Source of the DNA: Candidatus Gottesmanbacteria bacterium
GTDB taxonomy: Bacteria; Patescibacteriota; Microgenomatia; 2-02-FULL-39-11
Assembly: GCA_016195685.1 (NCBI GenBank)
Contig: JACPZE010000003.1
Coordinates: 899 to 64,898 of the forward strand
Direction: 5' to 3'
DNA: 64,000 bases
This document shows, piece by piece, positions 9,700 through 20,215 of this stretch. The notes under the pieces were generated by a model. It was not told the origin of the DNA and did no database searches. It saw only the letters and a list, made by a program, of their open reading frames with translations. A program made the translations under genes and the position numbers. Position 1 is the stretch's first letter. The number at the start of each line of letters is the position of its first letter.

Positions 9700-10617
9700 T
9701 TATCTTATTCGCACTGGAGGTGTTCGTGTAGGAACAATATAAATTGGGGTAGGAAATTCTTGTCGCATTCTTTCATCACCAACAAATTTTGCATATTGCA
9801 TTAAATCGTAATAAGCGTCTTTCGTCAGATGTGATAGATCAAATTTATCTCTATATCTTAATAAAATTTTTGTTGGGTCAACAAACACAACAAACTTGTT
9901 ACGTGCATAATGATCTTGTAACACTTTTACTAAGCGGCGTTGCCGATCTTCCATCAATTTTCTAAACCCAACGTCCTCAGAATTTGAAGGGTATGGCAAT
10001 ATATATTCTATTAATACCCCTTTATAGTACAGATCATTCAGCAAAAAATCTATCAATTTAAAGTAATCCGCTGCAATACTGGTTTTATTTTCATCGCCTG
10101 GATTGGGTATCACTTCAATCCTTTCTTTAGCTGGATTCATGTTGGCCAATTTTTTATCTACTCCAAATATTAATCTTAATCTTTGGGGTTTTTCAGGATA
10201 AAATGACGGTACCAAACCATTTTCAAATTCTTCTCTTGCAAAATCAACATCCATATCAGGGAATCCTATTTCAAAGCATATTCCATCAGGAGAATAAATT
10301 AGCTTACAACCGTTCTCAGTCAGAACTTCAGAAGAAATAAATTCCTCAGAAGAAGTACCTACGCCCATTTGCAAATTTTTGAGGTTTGGTCTTAATATTT
10401 CGGTCGGGGTTGGCAACACTGTTGCAGTAGGATAAATTAATGTCCTTGTTGGTAATGGTGGAGGGATCAGATTTTTATTTACCGGAGTTATAGTGGGCGT
10501 TCTATCTTGAGAAGCAATCGTTTGTGTAGGAAATATGTTTGCACTTCTTGCACATCCCATTAAGGCGAAGGCTATGCCAATTTCGCTCCCAATCTCCAAC
10601 CCCCTACGCCATGACAT
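9700..10617 (-). CDS. hypothetical lipoprotein
   Basis: signal peptide with lipobox-like LMGCARS; Pro/Thr-rich linker; no recognisable domain. Confidence 0.45.
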   Translation of the reverse strand: MSWRRGLEIGSEIGIAFALMGCARSANIFPTQTIASQDRTPTITPVNKNLIPPPLPTRTLIYPTATVLPTPTEILRPNLKNLQMGVGTSSEEFISSEVLTENGCKLIYSPDGICFEIGFPDMDVDFAREEFENGLVPSFYPEKPQRLRLIFGVDKKLANMNPAKERIEVIPNPGDENKTSIAADYFKLIDFLLNDLYYKGVLIEYILPYPSNSEDVGFRKLMEDRQRRLVKVLQDHYARNKFVVFVDPTKILLRYRDKFDLSHLTKDAYYDLMQYAKFVGDERMRQEFPTPIYIVPTRTPPVRIR

Positions 10618-10622
10618 AAACT

Positions 10623-11951
10623 TTACCCTTCTTTTTTCTCTACCCCGTAGAATTTTATTCTGTCACCCTTAAAGACTAAGTCCACTTCTCCAGTAGGACC
10701 ATTTCTGTGTTTTGCTATAAGAAATTTCACTATCTGATGCTCCCATTTTTCAGTCGTATCCTGGTCTTCCCGGTATAAAAACACCACTACATCGGCGTCC
10801 TGTTCTATAGAGCCTGATTCTCGAAGATCGGCAAGCTGAGGTATTTTGGTACCCCTAGACTCAACGGCCCTGGATAATTGGGATACACAAAGGACCGGAA
10901 TTTTTAGTTCACGGGCGAGATTTTTCAATGATTGGGAAATTATAGACACTTCTTGTACACGATTATCATATCGCCTACCCGGATCAATCAATTGCAGATA
11001 ATCAACAATCAATAATTTCATCTGTTGATTCACCATAAGTCTTCTTGCTTTGGTACGCATCTCAAAAAGATTAATGCCAGGTGTATCATCTATAAAAAGT
11101 GGCGCATCTGCCAACTCTCCCATTGCTTCCGAAAGCCTCGTAAAATCATCATCTGAAAGTCTACCGGTCTTTAACCTCCAAGCATCCACATCTGCTTGTG
11201 AAACTAATAGCCTGTCAACCAATTCCTCTTTGCTCATCTCAAGAGAAAAAATTCCTACTGTCTGTTTTTGCGATACTGCTACATATTGGGCAATATTTAA
11301 TACTAAAGCTGTTTTGCCTTGTCCGGGTCTTGCGGCAAGAATTAAAAGATTAGAATCCTGCATTCCGGATAACCTGCGATCTACATCTGCAAATCCTGTA
11401 GATACTCCCCGAAGGCCTGATCCTTTCTTGTGAAGTTCATCAAGCCTGTCAAAACTTTCAGCAAGCGCATCTTTTATGGGTATAAAATCCTTGTGACTTC
11501 GAAGCTGGGAAATAGCTAAAATTTCACTTTCTGCCTTATCCAATATATCCTTAACGTCTTTTTTCTCAGAAAAAGCTTCCTGACTGACAGTAGCTGAAAC
11601 ATCTATAAGTCTTCTTTTTGTAAAATGGTCTGCTACAATTTTTCCATAAGTTTCTATGTTGGCTGATGTAGGAACCATGTTAGTTAAGTCACTTAGATAT
11701 GTTGATCCCCCCACATCCTTGTATTTCCCCATTTTTTTAAGTTCCGCAGTTACTGTAACTATGTCTACCGGTTCGTGTTTTTCAAAAAGAGCCATCATGG
11801 CAGAGAAAATATGGCTATGGGCTTCTTTGTAAAAATATTCCGGACGAAGAAAATCTATAACATCAGACAATGCATCCTTGTCTATAAGGATCGCACCTAG
11901 GACAGAAGATTCTGCTTGTTCATCATGGGGAGAGATACGGGCTTCGGACAT
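10623..11951 (-). CDS. dnaB: replicative DNA helicase
   Basis: Walker A ARPGQGKTALVLN; DnaB N-terminal domain and RecA-like C-terminal domain; no intein. Confidence 0.9.
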   Translation of the reverse strand: MSEARISPHDEQAESSVLGAILIDKDALSDVIDFLRPEYFYKEAHSHIFSAMMALFEKHEPVDIVTVTAELKKMGKYKDVGGSTYLSDLTNMVPTSANIETYGKIVADHFTKRRLIDVSATVSQEAFSEKKDVKDILDKAESEILAISQLRSHKDFIPIKDALAESFDRLDELHKKGSGLRGVSTGFADVDRRLSGMQDSNLLILAARPGQGKTALVLNIAQYVAVSQKQTVGIFSLEMSKEELVDRLLVSQADVDAWRLKTGRLSDDDFTRLSEAMGELADAPLFIDDTPGINLFEMRTKARRLMVNQQMKLLIVDYLQLIDPGRRYDNRVQEVSIISQSLKNLARELKIPVLCVSQLSRAVESRGTKIPQLADLRESGSIEQDADVVVFLYREDQDTTEKWEHQIVKFLIAKHRNGPTGEVDLVFKGDRIKFYGVEKKEG

Positions 11952-11968
11952 AATTGCACCTTGAACTT

Positions 11969-12613
11969 TTATTCTAATACTACTACCATCGGTTCCACCG
12001 GCAGTTTATCCTTTGTGATAACCAATTTCTGTTGAGGAAAAATACCCTCCTTACCCATTTGTTTTAAGAAAACTTCAACACCTGCCAATTTGGAAAATAC
12101 TTTTTGGTCCAGGCTTGGAGTATTATAGTGCATCGGAATAATAATACTCGGATTCACCTGAGAAACAACTTCGGATGCGGTTGCCGCATCTATAGTATAA
12201 AATCCCCCTACAGGAAGCATCAATATATTTGCTCCTTCTAGTGTTTCCAACTGAATGTCATCAAATTTATGACCCAAATCACCGCAATGCACTATCGTTA
12301 CTCCATCAACAGTCATTCTATAAACTGTATTTTTGCCACGTTCGGTACCCTTAGAGTTATCGTGAAATGTTGGAATACCGATTATCTTTGCTCCTTTTAC
12401 TTCATATTCTCCGGGAGCTGAAAAAATTATCGGTTCTCCCTCAAGTTGTCCTTTGAAATTATGATCCTCATGATCATGTGAAATCGTCACTACGTCAGCG
12501 GTAACGCTTGGGAATTTTATCCCCAACATTTGCGGATTGAATGGGTCTGTTACCAGCGTGACGTTTTTACCGCGTATTTTAAAAGATGCATGACCCAAGT
12601 GAGTAATTTCCAT
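11969..12613 (-). CDS. MBL-fold metallo-hydrolase
   Basis: HLGHASFKI...ISHDHEDHN metal-binding motifs; start moved to the internal Met (MEITHLGH) because the longer ORF overlaps a divergent gene. Confidence 0.65.
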   Translation of the reverse strand: MEITHLGHASFKIRGKNVTLVTDPFNPQMLGIKFPSVTADVVTISHDHEDHNFKGQLEGEPIIFSAPGEYEVKGAKIIGIPTFHDNSKGTERGKNTVYRMTVDGVTIVHCGDLGHKFDDIQLETLEGANILMLPVGGFYTIDAATASEVVSQVNPSIIIPMHYNTPSLDQKVFSKLAGVEVFLKQMGKEGIFPQQKLVITKDKLPVEPMVVVLE

Positions 12614-12680
12614 AATGTCATTAATTTTTACCACTTTTGCCAAGTATTGACAAGAGGCAGCAATCGGATTTAACATTGAA

Positions 12681-13124
12681 TTGAATTTAATGAAAAAAGA
12701 TATCGCTGTAGCTATTTTTGTAGGCTTTATCATAGGAATTGTAGTTGCTCTTACGGCTGTCAATTTGCCGGTAATTTTAAAAGAAGGAATAAAAATTTCA
12801 AAAGGTTTACCCGCACCTACAGTAACCCCCATACCAGTGAATGCAACCACTCAAAACTTGGATTTCACGCTTGATTCACCCAAAGATGAAAGTATTGCGG
12901 AATCCAAAACTGTAGAATTTTCTGGACATGCAAAGGCGGGACAAAGTGTTTTTATAGAAAGTTTCTACGACCATAATGCAACTATCGTTCATGACTCTGG
13001 ACAATTTAGTACTAAATTAAATTTAGCCGAGGGAGTAAATAATATTTTTGTGTCTATCTTTGATGATACGGGAAACTCAAGTTCAAAGACGATAAACGTT
13101 TATTTCACATCTGAAAAGTTATGA
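12681..13124 (+). CDS. membrane-anchored hypothetical protein
   Basis: N-terminal TM helix IAVAIFVGFIIGIVVALTAV; ATGA overlap with next gene. Confidence 0.4.
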   Translation: MNLMKKDIAVAIFVGFIIGIVVALTAVNLPVILKEGIKISKGLPAPTVTPIPVNATTQNLDFTLDSPKDESIAESKTVEFSGHAKAGQSVFIESFYDHNATIVHDSGQFSTKLNLAEGVNNIFVSIFDDTGNSSSKTINVYFTSEKL

Positions 13125-13906
13125 AAAAAATAATATTTATAGTAATCATTTTTGCTGTTTTGATTTTAAATTCTTCAATTGTCCAAGCCATTACTTCTAC
13201 CCCCACACCATCTGATTCCCCAACACCTACTATCACAACATTTATCGATAAATTAAAACAGATAGAAATATTAAAAGAAAAAATAGCGACCAAAGTTGCA
13301 GAGATAAGACAAACTGAAAAGTCCGGACTAAACGGTACGATTAAATCTGTCGCTGATACATCTATCACACTTACCACCAAATCCACTGATCAGGTAATTT
13401 CTTATTCCGAGGATACAATATTTTTCAAGATGACAGATGGGGTTAAAAGCGAACCTTTAGATTATAAACAGGCAAAAAAACTTAAAAGCGGCGATCAATT
13501 AGCAATTTTAGGCTATTTTGATTCTTCACACAGTACTTTTTCTGCCAAATATGTCTATATGACTGTCACACCGCTTCACTTGATTGGAAAAATCGCAGAC
13601 ATGGATAAAACTAACTACACTATTACCGTGAATGAACCGAAAGGAAATACTCTTGTCGATATAGAGACTTACACCAAGATTTACTCTTTTACCAAAAAGG
13701 CAGGCCTTGTGAAAAGCGGATTTTCAAAACTTAAAGAAAATGACGTCGTGCATATTTTTGCGACAACAAATCCCAAAGAAGAAACAAGGGCATCTGCTAG
13801 CAAAATCGTCAGTTTGGCTTTTGGAGAAATGGTCAGTACTCCGTCTGCTACTCCAATGGTGAAAATAAAAGATGCATCCCCATCTGCGGCTTCTAAAAAT
13901 AAATAA
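13121..13906 (+). CDS. secreted hypothetical protein
   Basis: signal peptide MKKIIFIVIIFAVLILNSSIVQA; Thr/Pro-rich segment; no domain recognised. Confidence 0.45.
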   Translation: MKKIIFIVIIFAVLILNSSIVQAITSTPTPSDSPTPTITTFIDKLKQIEILKEKIATKVAEIRQTEKSGLNGTIKSVADTSITLTTKSTDQVISYSEDTIFFKMTDGVKSEPLDYKQAKKLKSGDQLAILGYFDSSHSTFSAKYVYMTVTPLHLIGKIADMDKTNYTITVNEPKGNTLVDIETYTKIYSFTKKAGLVKSGFSKLKENDVVHIFATTNPKEETRASASKIVSLAFGEMVSTPSATPMVKIKDASPSAASKNK

Positions 13907-13911
13907 TTCCA

Positions 13912-14991
13912 ATGAACAATCTCAATAAAATCAGGGAAGATATTAAAAGTTTCAACATCGATTCTATTTTTATCACGAATCAACAAAATGTCAGTTATCT
14001 TACGGGATTTGTAGGATTAGCCCCGTCCGAACGGGAAGGATTTCTTTTCATCACTCTCCAAAAAGCATATCTACTGACTTTCCCTACCTATTTTGGCCTT
14101 TATGAAAAGGGCGGGGATGGATTTATAACTGTCAATATTACCCAAACTAAAAGACTATCGGATCATTTAGCTGAAATATTAGGAATTGACGGCGTTCACT
14201 CTATCGGTGTTGAAAAGGAAAATTTAACCGTTGCCGAACTGAATTCACTTAAGGCCAAATTAAAGGCAAAATTTGTAGAAACAGAAGGTATTGTAGAAAA
14301 ACAAAGACTGATAAAGAACAAAATAGAAATCCAAAATATAAAAAAAGCAGCAGAAATCACTGATCTTGCTTTTGAATTTATTAAAACAAAAATCATAAAA
14401 GGGATCACCGAAAAAAACTTGGCTCTAGAGCTGGAATTTTTCCTCAAAAAAACAGCCGGCGATATCGCCTTCTCTCCTATCGTGGCCTTTGATGAAAACG
14501 CCGCCATCCCCCATTATCTACCGACTAACAACCACCAACTAACAACTAATAACTTAATTTTATTAGATTTTGGAGCAAGGGTAAACGGATACTGTTCCGA
14601 CATGACGCGTGTGGTATTTTTAGGGAAAGCGAATGAACATCAAGTAAAAATTTATGAAACTGTTCTTCAAGCACAAAGACTCGCTTTAGAATCTGTAAAG
14701 AATGGTATCTTAGCCAAACTACCGGATAAAATAGCAAGAGAGTATATCAAATCCCATGGGTTGCCAGACTATCCCCACGGATTAGGCCACGGGGTGGGAT
14801 TAGCCATCCATGAAAGGCCAAGACTCCGTATCGGAAGTGATGAGCAACTTTTAGAAAATATGGTTGTAACTGTTGAACCGGGCATTTATCTTCCGGGTGA
14901 CTGTGGTGTGCGGATCGAAGATTTGGTAGTATTGAGAAAGGACGGAATAGAAATATTATCAAAATCGAGTAAAGAATTGATAATTTTATGA
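13912..14991 (+). CDS. Xaa-Pro aminopeptidase / M24-family peptidase
   Basis: M24 pita-bread motifs [13 protein letters not shown] and VEPGIY; N-terminal creatinase-like domain. Confidence 0.8.
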   Translation: MNNLNKIREDIKSFNIDSIFITNQQNVSYLTGFVGLAPSEREGFLFITLQKAYLLTFPTYFGLYEKGGDGFITVNITQTKRLSDHLAEILGIDGVHSIGVEKENLTVAELNSLKAKLKAKFVETEGIVEKQRLIKNKIEIQNIKKAAEITDLAFEFIKTKIIKGITEKNLALELEFFLKKTAGDIAFSPIVAFDENAAIPHYLPTNNHQLTTNNLILLDFGARVNGYCSDMTRVVFLGKANEHQVKIYETVLQAQRLALESVKNGILAKLPDKIAREYIKSHGLPDYPHGLGHGVGLAIHERPRLRIGSDEQLLENMVVTVEPGIYLPGDCGVRIEDLVVLRKDGIEILSKSSKELIIL

Positions 14992-16199
14992 TTACTCCAC
15001 AAACTCTGAAAGGTTTTCGTGATTTTTTGCCCGAGGAAGCAATGAAACGTCAGTATGTAATAGATATCATTCGGAAAACTTTTGAATTGTACGGATTTGA
15101 ACCGATAGAAACTCCTGCTATCGAATATCTGGAAGTTTTTACCGGAAATATCGGGGAAGATGAAAAATTATTTTATAAATTTACAGATACGGGTGGAAGA
15201 CAAGTGGCGCTTCGTTATGATCAAACTGTCCCCACTTGTCGAGTAATTGCTCAATACCCGGAGAAAATTACTCTTCCTTTCAAACGCTACCAAATTCAGA
15301 CAGTTTGGCGAGCAGAAAAACCGCAAAAAGGAAGATATCGAGAATTTCTGCAATGCGATGCCGATATTTTTGGTGTGGATGACAGAACAGCAGATGCAGA
15401 AACAATTGCTTTGACTATCGATATTTACAAAAATCTGGGTTTTAAAAACCCTATTGCTATCATCAATGACCGTGATCTTTATGCCGGAATTCCATACAAA
15501 GCCATAGTCGCCATAGATAAACTCGGTAAGATAAAGGAAGAAGGGGTGCTTGAGGAATTGGTTTCAAAAGAGTACACAAAAGACGAAGCAGTTAAACTAT
15601 TAAATTCAGTAAAGAACAATAAGCCAAATGAGCGTTTAAAACAAATATTTACTTTTCTTGATAATTACGGAATGAGCGAAAATTATCTTTATAAACCTAC
15701 TCTAGCCCGTTCTTTTTCTTATTCAGAAGGAACAATTTGGGAAATAATAATTGAAGGATTTACTGCAGGTTCTGTATGCGGTTGTGAAAGATATGATAGT
15801 CTAGTATCTCGCTTCTCAAAAAAAAGAATTCCTGGAGTTGGATTTGCCGTCGGATTTGACAGAACTGTGTTGGCTATGGATGAATTGGGCTTATTTCCTC
15901 CCATGCAAACTAAAACTTTAGTTTTGGTCACAGTTTTTAACAAAGACATGCTACCCCACTCTCAAAAACTTACACAAGAATTAAGAAAAGAAAATATTAA
16001 TTCAGACCTTTACCCAGATCCCAATGAAAGGTTGGATAAGCAAATAAAATATGCAGACAAAAAAGGAATTCCATATGTTGCTATAATCGGTCCGCAAGAA
16101 GCAAAAAGTAAAAAAGTGACTGTGAAAAACCTCAAAGACAGATCGCAAATTACTGTATCCTACGATGAACTTTCTGCCCTACTCCAAAAACCAGCATAG
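14988..16199 (+). CDS. hisS: histidyl-tRNA synthetase
   Basis: N-terminal KGFRDFLPEE, class II motifs, RYDQTVP, C-terminal anticodon-binding domain; ATGA overlap with upstream gene. Confidence 0.85.
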   Translation: MITPQTLKGFRDFLPEEAMKRQYVIDIIRKTFELYGFEPIETPAIEYLEVFTGNIGEDEKLFYKFTDTGGRQVALRYDQTVPTCRVIAQYPEKITLPFKRYQIQTVWRAEKPQKGRYREFLQCDADIFGVDDRTADAETIALTIDIYKNLGFKNPIAIINDRDLYAGIPYKAIVAIDKLGKIKEEGVLEELVSKEYTKDEAVKLLNSVKNNKPNERLKQIFTFLDNYGMSENYLYKPTLARSFSYSEGTIWEIIIEGFTAGSVCGCERYDSLVSRFSKKRIPGVGFAVGFDRTVLAMDELGLFPPMQTKTLVLVTVFNKDMLPHSQKLTQELRKENINSDLYPDPNERLDKQIKYADKKGIPYVAIIGPQEAKSKKVTVKNLKDRSQITVSYDELSALLQKPA

Positions 16200-17088
16200 C
16201 CAAGCCATACTTGCCTTGATACTTGCAAACATCATTTGGGGTATCGGCTCCCCAATCTTTAAACTGGCCTTGCAAAATATCCCTCCGTTTACACTGGCGT
16301 TCTTTAGATTCTTCGGCGCCATGCTTATACTTTTCCCATTTACTGTCTCCAACCTTTGGATAAAAAAAGAAGACTGGTTTAAATTAATCGTACTTTCATT
16401 TTTTGGAATTACGGTAAACATCACTTTTTTCTTTTTGGGCTTAAAATATGCTCCATCCATAAATGCACCAATCATCGCCTCTGCCGGACCTGTATTTTTA
16501 TACCTGTTTTCCATATTTTATTTGCATGAGAAGAATCATCCAAAGGTACTCATTGGAACAATCATCAGTTTGATTGGCGTATTTGTCATCATCGGCCAAC
16601 CAATACTTAAAGAAGGTTTGGATGGACAAGTTTTGGGTAATTTGTTTTTCCTACTTTCCGCACTGGGAGCGGTAATCCACGCTGTCATGATGAAGCAAAT
16701 AAATAGTAAGTATCCGGCGTCAGTTTTAACGTTTTGGTCATTTCTTATTGGTAGTCTAACCTTCTTGCCATTTTTTATCTTGGAAATGACGACTCTTCAT
16801 CCCTTTAATACAATCGACAACCGCGGATGGCTGGGATTGGTATTTGGAATACTACTATCTTCTCTAGCAGCATATTGGTTATTTGATTGGGGACTGAAAA
16901 AAATCGCCGCTCAGGAAGTGGGACTATTTTATTATATCGACCCTATAGCTGCAGCGGTAATTGCCATACCACTCCTGGGAGAAACAATCAGTCTACTTTT
17001 CGTAACAGGAAGTATACTCGTCTTTGGCGGGATTTTTATCGCCGAAGGCAGATTACATTATCATCCGTTGCATAAGTTGAGTAGGTAA
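16165..17088 (+). CDS. EamA/DMT-family transporter
   Basis: 10 TM helices in two EamA-like halves. Confidence 0.7.
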   Translation: MNFLPYSKNQHSQAILALILANIIWGIGSPIFKLALQNIPPFTLAFFRFFGAMLILFPFTVSNLWIKKEDWFKLIVLSFFGITVNITFFFLGLKYAPSINAPIIASAGPVFLYLFSIFYLHEKNHPKVLIGTIISLIGVFVIIGQPILKEGLDGQVLGNLFFLLSALGAVIHAVMMKQINSKYPASVLTFWSFLIGSLTFLPFFILEMTTLHPFNTIDNRGWLGLVFGILLSSLAAYWLFDWGLKKIAAQEVGLFYYIDPIAAAVIAIPLLGETISLLFVTGSILVFGGIFIAEGRLHYHPLHKLSR

Positions 17089-17134
17089 ACGGTAAACTTG
17101 ACAACCATTATAAAACCATTATAATTATAATAAT

Positions 17135-17416
17135 ATGAATACAACAATAATTCAGGTTCCAGTAACTAAGGTATTACGAGATCAAGCCGTCAGAGTTGCT
17201 CAAGAAAGCGGCTTTTCGTCTCTCCAAGATGTAATCAGAATTTTTCTTACCAAGCTGGCAAGAAAGCAAATTGCAGTCAACTTAGAAGATACCTCAATGC
17301 CATTAAGCTGGAAGAACGAAAAAAGATATATTCGGATGGATAAGGATTTTGATAAAGGCAAAAATGTGAAATCGTTTTCTTCTGTTGAAGAGCTGATGAA
17401 AAATCTACGGGCATGA
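17135..17416 (+). CDS. RelB/DinJ-like antitoxin
   Basis: 93 aa; N-terminal ribbon-helix-helix-like segment; ATGA overlap with downstream toxin. Confidence 0.45.
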   Translation: MNTTIIQVPVTKVLRDQAVRVAQESGFSSLQDVIRIFLTKLARKQIAVNLEDTSMPLSWKNEKRYIRMDKDFDKGKNVKSFSSVEELMKNLRA

Positions 17417-17676
17417 TAGTTGAAAGGCACAAACAATTCCTCAAAAATTATCACAAACGTATCATCCCTCATCCCACCATAGATCATAAATTTGAAGAAA
17501 GATTAAAATTATTCCTACTTGATCCAAAAAATCCAATTCTGAAGGATCATCAGCTAACAGCCAAAAAGAAAGCATTTAGATCTTTCTCTGTAACTGGAGA
17601 TATAAGAGTGGTTTATAAAATAGAGGGAAACTCAATACGTTTATACGACATCGGAACTCACAATCAAGTTTATTGA
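17413..17676 (+). CDS. RelE/YafQ-family mRNA interferase toxin
   Basis: 87 aa; C-terminal pattern DHQLTAKKKAFRSFSVTGDIRVVYKIEGNSIRLYDIGTHNQVY typical of YafQ/RelE. Confidence 0.55.
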   Translation: MIVERHKQFLKNYHKRIIPHPTIDHKFEERLKLFLLDPKNPILKDHQLTAKKKAFRSFSVTGDIRVVYKIEGNSIRLYDIGTHNQVY

Positions 17677-17721
17677 TTTTCCTCCACCACCATACTCTTC
17701 ATAATTTGAGATTTTCATTTA

Positions 17722-17982
17722 TTAATAGTCGAATTCCAACGGTTTCCAAGATAGAGTATTTCTCAATTGACACCCTCCGTTTCCTTTCCTACAATCTAAA
17801 CTAAGCGCTTGCGTAGTTTCACAATACACTGATCCTACTCCATCTCCTTTATCTACACATACTAAATTTGGTTCCTGGCCAGTAGCTACCCTTCCTTTAC
17901 ACCAATTAGGCACAAATCTTTGCCTTGCTTGTTGCTCGATTTGTTCAACGTTTGCCATATTCAATTTTAACCTATAGTACAC
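17722..17982 (-). CDS. small Cys-rich hypothetical protein
   Basis: ORF only; five Cys in about 78 aa; no signal peptide; convergent with toxin gene. Confidence 0.25.
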   Translation of the reverse strand: MYYRLKLNMANVEQIEQQARQRFVPNWCKGRVATGQEPNLVCVDKGDGVGSVYCETTQALSLDCRKGNGGCQLRNTLSWKPLEFDY

Positions 17983-18056
17983 TCTCTCTGCCTAAAAGTC
18001 AAGATTTTGGAGTGCTTATTTCCTTTTTTATAAGAATTTTGTATAATAAGAGTCTT

Positions 18057-18365
18057 ATGAAAGCTGGAATACATCCAACTTGGTATCCGGACGCACAAGT
18101 AGTGTGTGCCTGTGGTAATTCTTTTACGATTGGTTCTACCAAGCAATCTATCCACATGGAAATTTGCCACAAGTGTCATCCCTTCTTTACAGGAGAGATG
18201 AAATTCGTGGATACTCTGGGTAGAGTAGAAAAATTCCAAAAAAAGCAAAAAACAGCTGCCGCCCAAGCTCAAGTCCTGGCAGACAAGAAGAAAAAGAAAT
18301 TGCAAAGACAGGAAGAAGTCAGACACCCCAAATCCCTTCGAGAGATGTTAATGGGATCCTCATGA
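18057..18365 (+). CDS. rpmE: 50S ribosomal protein L31 with Lys-rich C-terminal extension
   Basis: [29 protein letters not shown]...[10 protein letters not shown]; start at internal ATG 18057; TGA stop overlaps next start. Confidence 0.85.
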   Translation: MKAGIHPTWYPDAQVVCACGNSFTIGSTKQSIHMEICHKCHPFFTGEMKFVDTLGRVEKFQKKQKTAAAQAQVLADKKKKKLQRQEEVRHPKSLREMLMGSS

Positions 18366-19060
18366 ATAATGATGTTGCCATACTAGAAATAAGAGGTGCC
18401 ACCGGTGGCGATGAGGCGAAAATCTGGGCAAATGACCTAGTGCGTATGTATAGCCGATATGCTTTATCCAAAGGATGGACCGTGCAATCACTGGATGATG
18501 CGGTAATAAGGATAAAAGGATTAAATGCTTTCTCGCAACTTCAGTATGAAGGAGGGGTACACCGCGTACAGCGGATACCTAATACTGAAAGATATGGCAG
18601 AATCCATACTTCTACAGCAACTGTCGCAGTGCTCCCTGAAATTGCCGACAATCAAATTTATATTAACCCTTCTGAACTGGAATGGGATTTCTATAGAAGC
18701 GGCGGTCATGGAGGCCAAAATGTAAATAAAGTATCAACTGCAGTACGGTTGCGACATAAACCTACCGGCATGGTAGTCACGGCCTCACAGGAAAGATTCC
18801 AGGAACAAAACCGCAGAATAGCCTTAAATTTACTCCGCTCCAAATTATGGGAAATCGAAGAGGAAAAGCGCCTTGTGGAAATCGGCGGAGCCAGAAGTGC
18901 AATTGGTAGAGGCATGAGGTCTGAAAAGATCCGCACGTATAATTTTCCGCAGAACCGCCTTACTGACCACCGCATCAATAAAAGCTGGCATAATTTGGAA
19001 GATATTATGAACGGAAAATTGGATAAAGTCCTTACTACGTTACTGAGTACCGTCGTTTGA
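18362..19060 (+). CDS. prfA: class I peptide chain release factor (RF1-like) lacking N-terminal domain 1
   Basis: GGQ motif [11 protein letters not shown]; RF1-like recognition region [26 protein letters not shown]; begins at the position equivalent to E. coli RF1 residue ~105 ([11 protein letters not shown]). Confidence 0.75.
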   Translation: MNNDVAILEIRGATGGDEAKIWANDLVRMYSRYALSKGWTVQSLDDAVIRIKGLNAFSQLQYEGGVHRVQRIPNTERYGRIHTSTATVAVLPEIADNQIYINPSELEWDFYRSGGHGGQNVNKVSTAVRLRHKPTGMVVTASQERFQEQNRRIALNLLRSKLWEIEEEKRLVEIGGARSAIGRGMRSEKIRTYNFPQNRLTDHRINKSWHNLEDIMNGKLDKVLTTLLSTVV

Positions 19061-20209
19061 TCCGATAGCCACCTTTAAATTCACGGTTTTGCCATCACGC
19101 CAAATTTCTATACTCAAAGTATCTCCTACTTTTTTCCCTGAAATGATAGAAGATAAGCCACCATTTGCATCCGTAATTTTTTTACCATCTATTTTGGTAA
19201 TGATATCATCGGTTTTTACGCCTGATTTATCGGCGGGTGAACCATTTACTACTTGTTGTACATATGCTCCCTCGGGCACTTCATTTAAAAGAGCCAGGTC
19301 ACGCGTAATCATCTTGTATCGGACTCCTAAAAACGGCCTCTCAAATTTGCCGCCGCTTTTATGGAACTGATCCAGTGCGTCTTTCACTACATTTATGGGA
19401 ATTGCAAAACCTATGTTTTGCCCATCGGCTGAAACAGCCGCATTTATACCAATTACTTGCCCGGAAGAATTAAGCAGTGGTCCACCTGAATTACCCGGGT
19501 TTATTGCCGCATCTGTCTGGATGACGTTATCCAATCTTTCTACAGACCCCTCGTAGGGACTGCCTGCTGTGATACCTCTTCCTAATCCAGAAATCACCCC
19601 TACAGTCACTGTATTTCGAAATTCTCCGAGTGCAGTACCTATAGCGATAGCCATCTGGCCTACTTTGAGTTTTGAGGAATCACCCAGTGTAACAGGTTTT
19701 AAGTCAGTAGAATCGATTTTGATAATGGCCAAATCGTTTGCCGGATCGCGATAAATCTTTTGGACGTCGTATGATTTATCATCTTTGGTCACAACTTTAT
19801 ATTTCGCTTGTGTATCAGAAACTACATGCTTGTTGGTCACTATCAAACCATCTGCCGAGACTACAAAACCGCTGCCGATATCCTGTTGTAATTTTTGCGG
19901 TTGATTCCCTTGGGGTTGTTGGAACATATTAAAAGGATCCATGGGGTTGATTTCAAAAATTTTTCCTATAGATTTGGATTGAACAATAGATACAGTAACC
20001 GTGGAAGGTGAAACTTTATCCACGACATCTGTAATAACAGATTCTTCTTGGACTATTTTCACCTTTTCCCCACTCGTATTAGTATCTAATGAAGATTTTG
20101 AGGGAAGATAATTTTTCAGGGAATTTAAATTCAGTTTAAAGCTCCCGGTAGATGTGCCAATCAAAAGAAATATGATAATAAGAGCCGCTAATATGAGTAC
20201 TCTTTTCAT
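19040..20209 (-). CDS. HtrA/DegP-family serine protease with PDZ domain
   Basis: signal anchor; trypsin-like catalytic region GNSGGPLLN; C-terminal PDZ. Confidence 0.85.
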   Translation of the reverse strand: MKRVLILAALIIIFLLIGTSTGSFKLNLNSLKNYLPSKSSLDTNTSGEKVKIVQEESVITDVVDKVSPSTVTVSIVQSKSIGKIFEINPMDPFNMFQQPQGNQPQKLQQDIGSGFVVSADGLIVTNKHVVSDTQAKYKVVTKDDKSYDVQKIYRDPANDLAIIKIDSTDLKPVTLGDSSKLKVGQMAIAIGTALGEFRNTVTVGVISGLGRGITAGSPYEGSVERLDNVIQTDAAINPGNSGGPLLNSSGQVIGINAAVSADGQNIGFAIPINVVKDALDQFHKSGGKFERPFLGVRYKMITRDLALLNEVPEGAYVQQVVNGSPADKSGVKTDDIITKIDGKKITDANGGLSSIISGKKVGDTLSIEIWRDGKTVNLKVAIGSNDGTQ

Positions 20210-20215
20210 AATAAA

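Noticed and set aside
12614-12850. Longer 293-aa version of the MBL-fold gene (start 12850)
   Set aside because: The N-terminal 79 codons overlap the divergent plus-strand gene and its promoter and have no MBL-like sequence. The internal Met directly precedes the conserved HLGHASF motif.
18362-19060. Possibility that the short release factor is a prfB with programmed +1 frameshift
   Set aside because: The RF2 frameshift site lies about 25 codons into a full-length gene. Here about 105 N-terminal residues are missing and the upstream DNA encodes rpmE. The recognition motif region is RF1-like.
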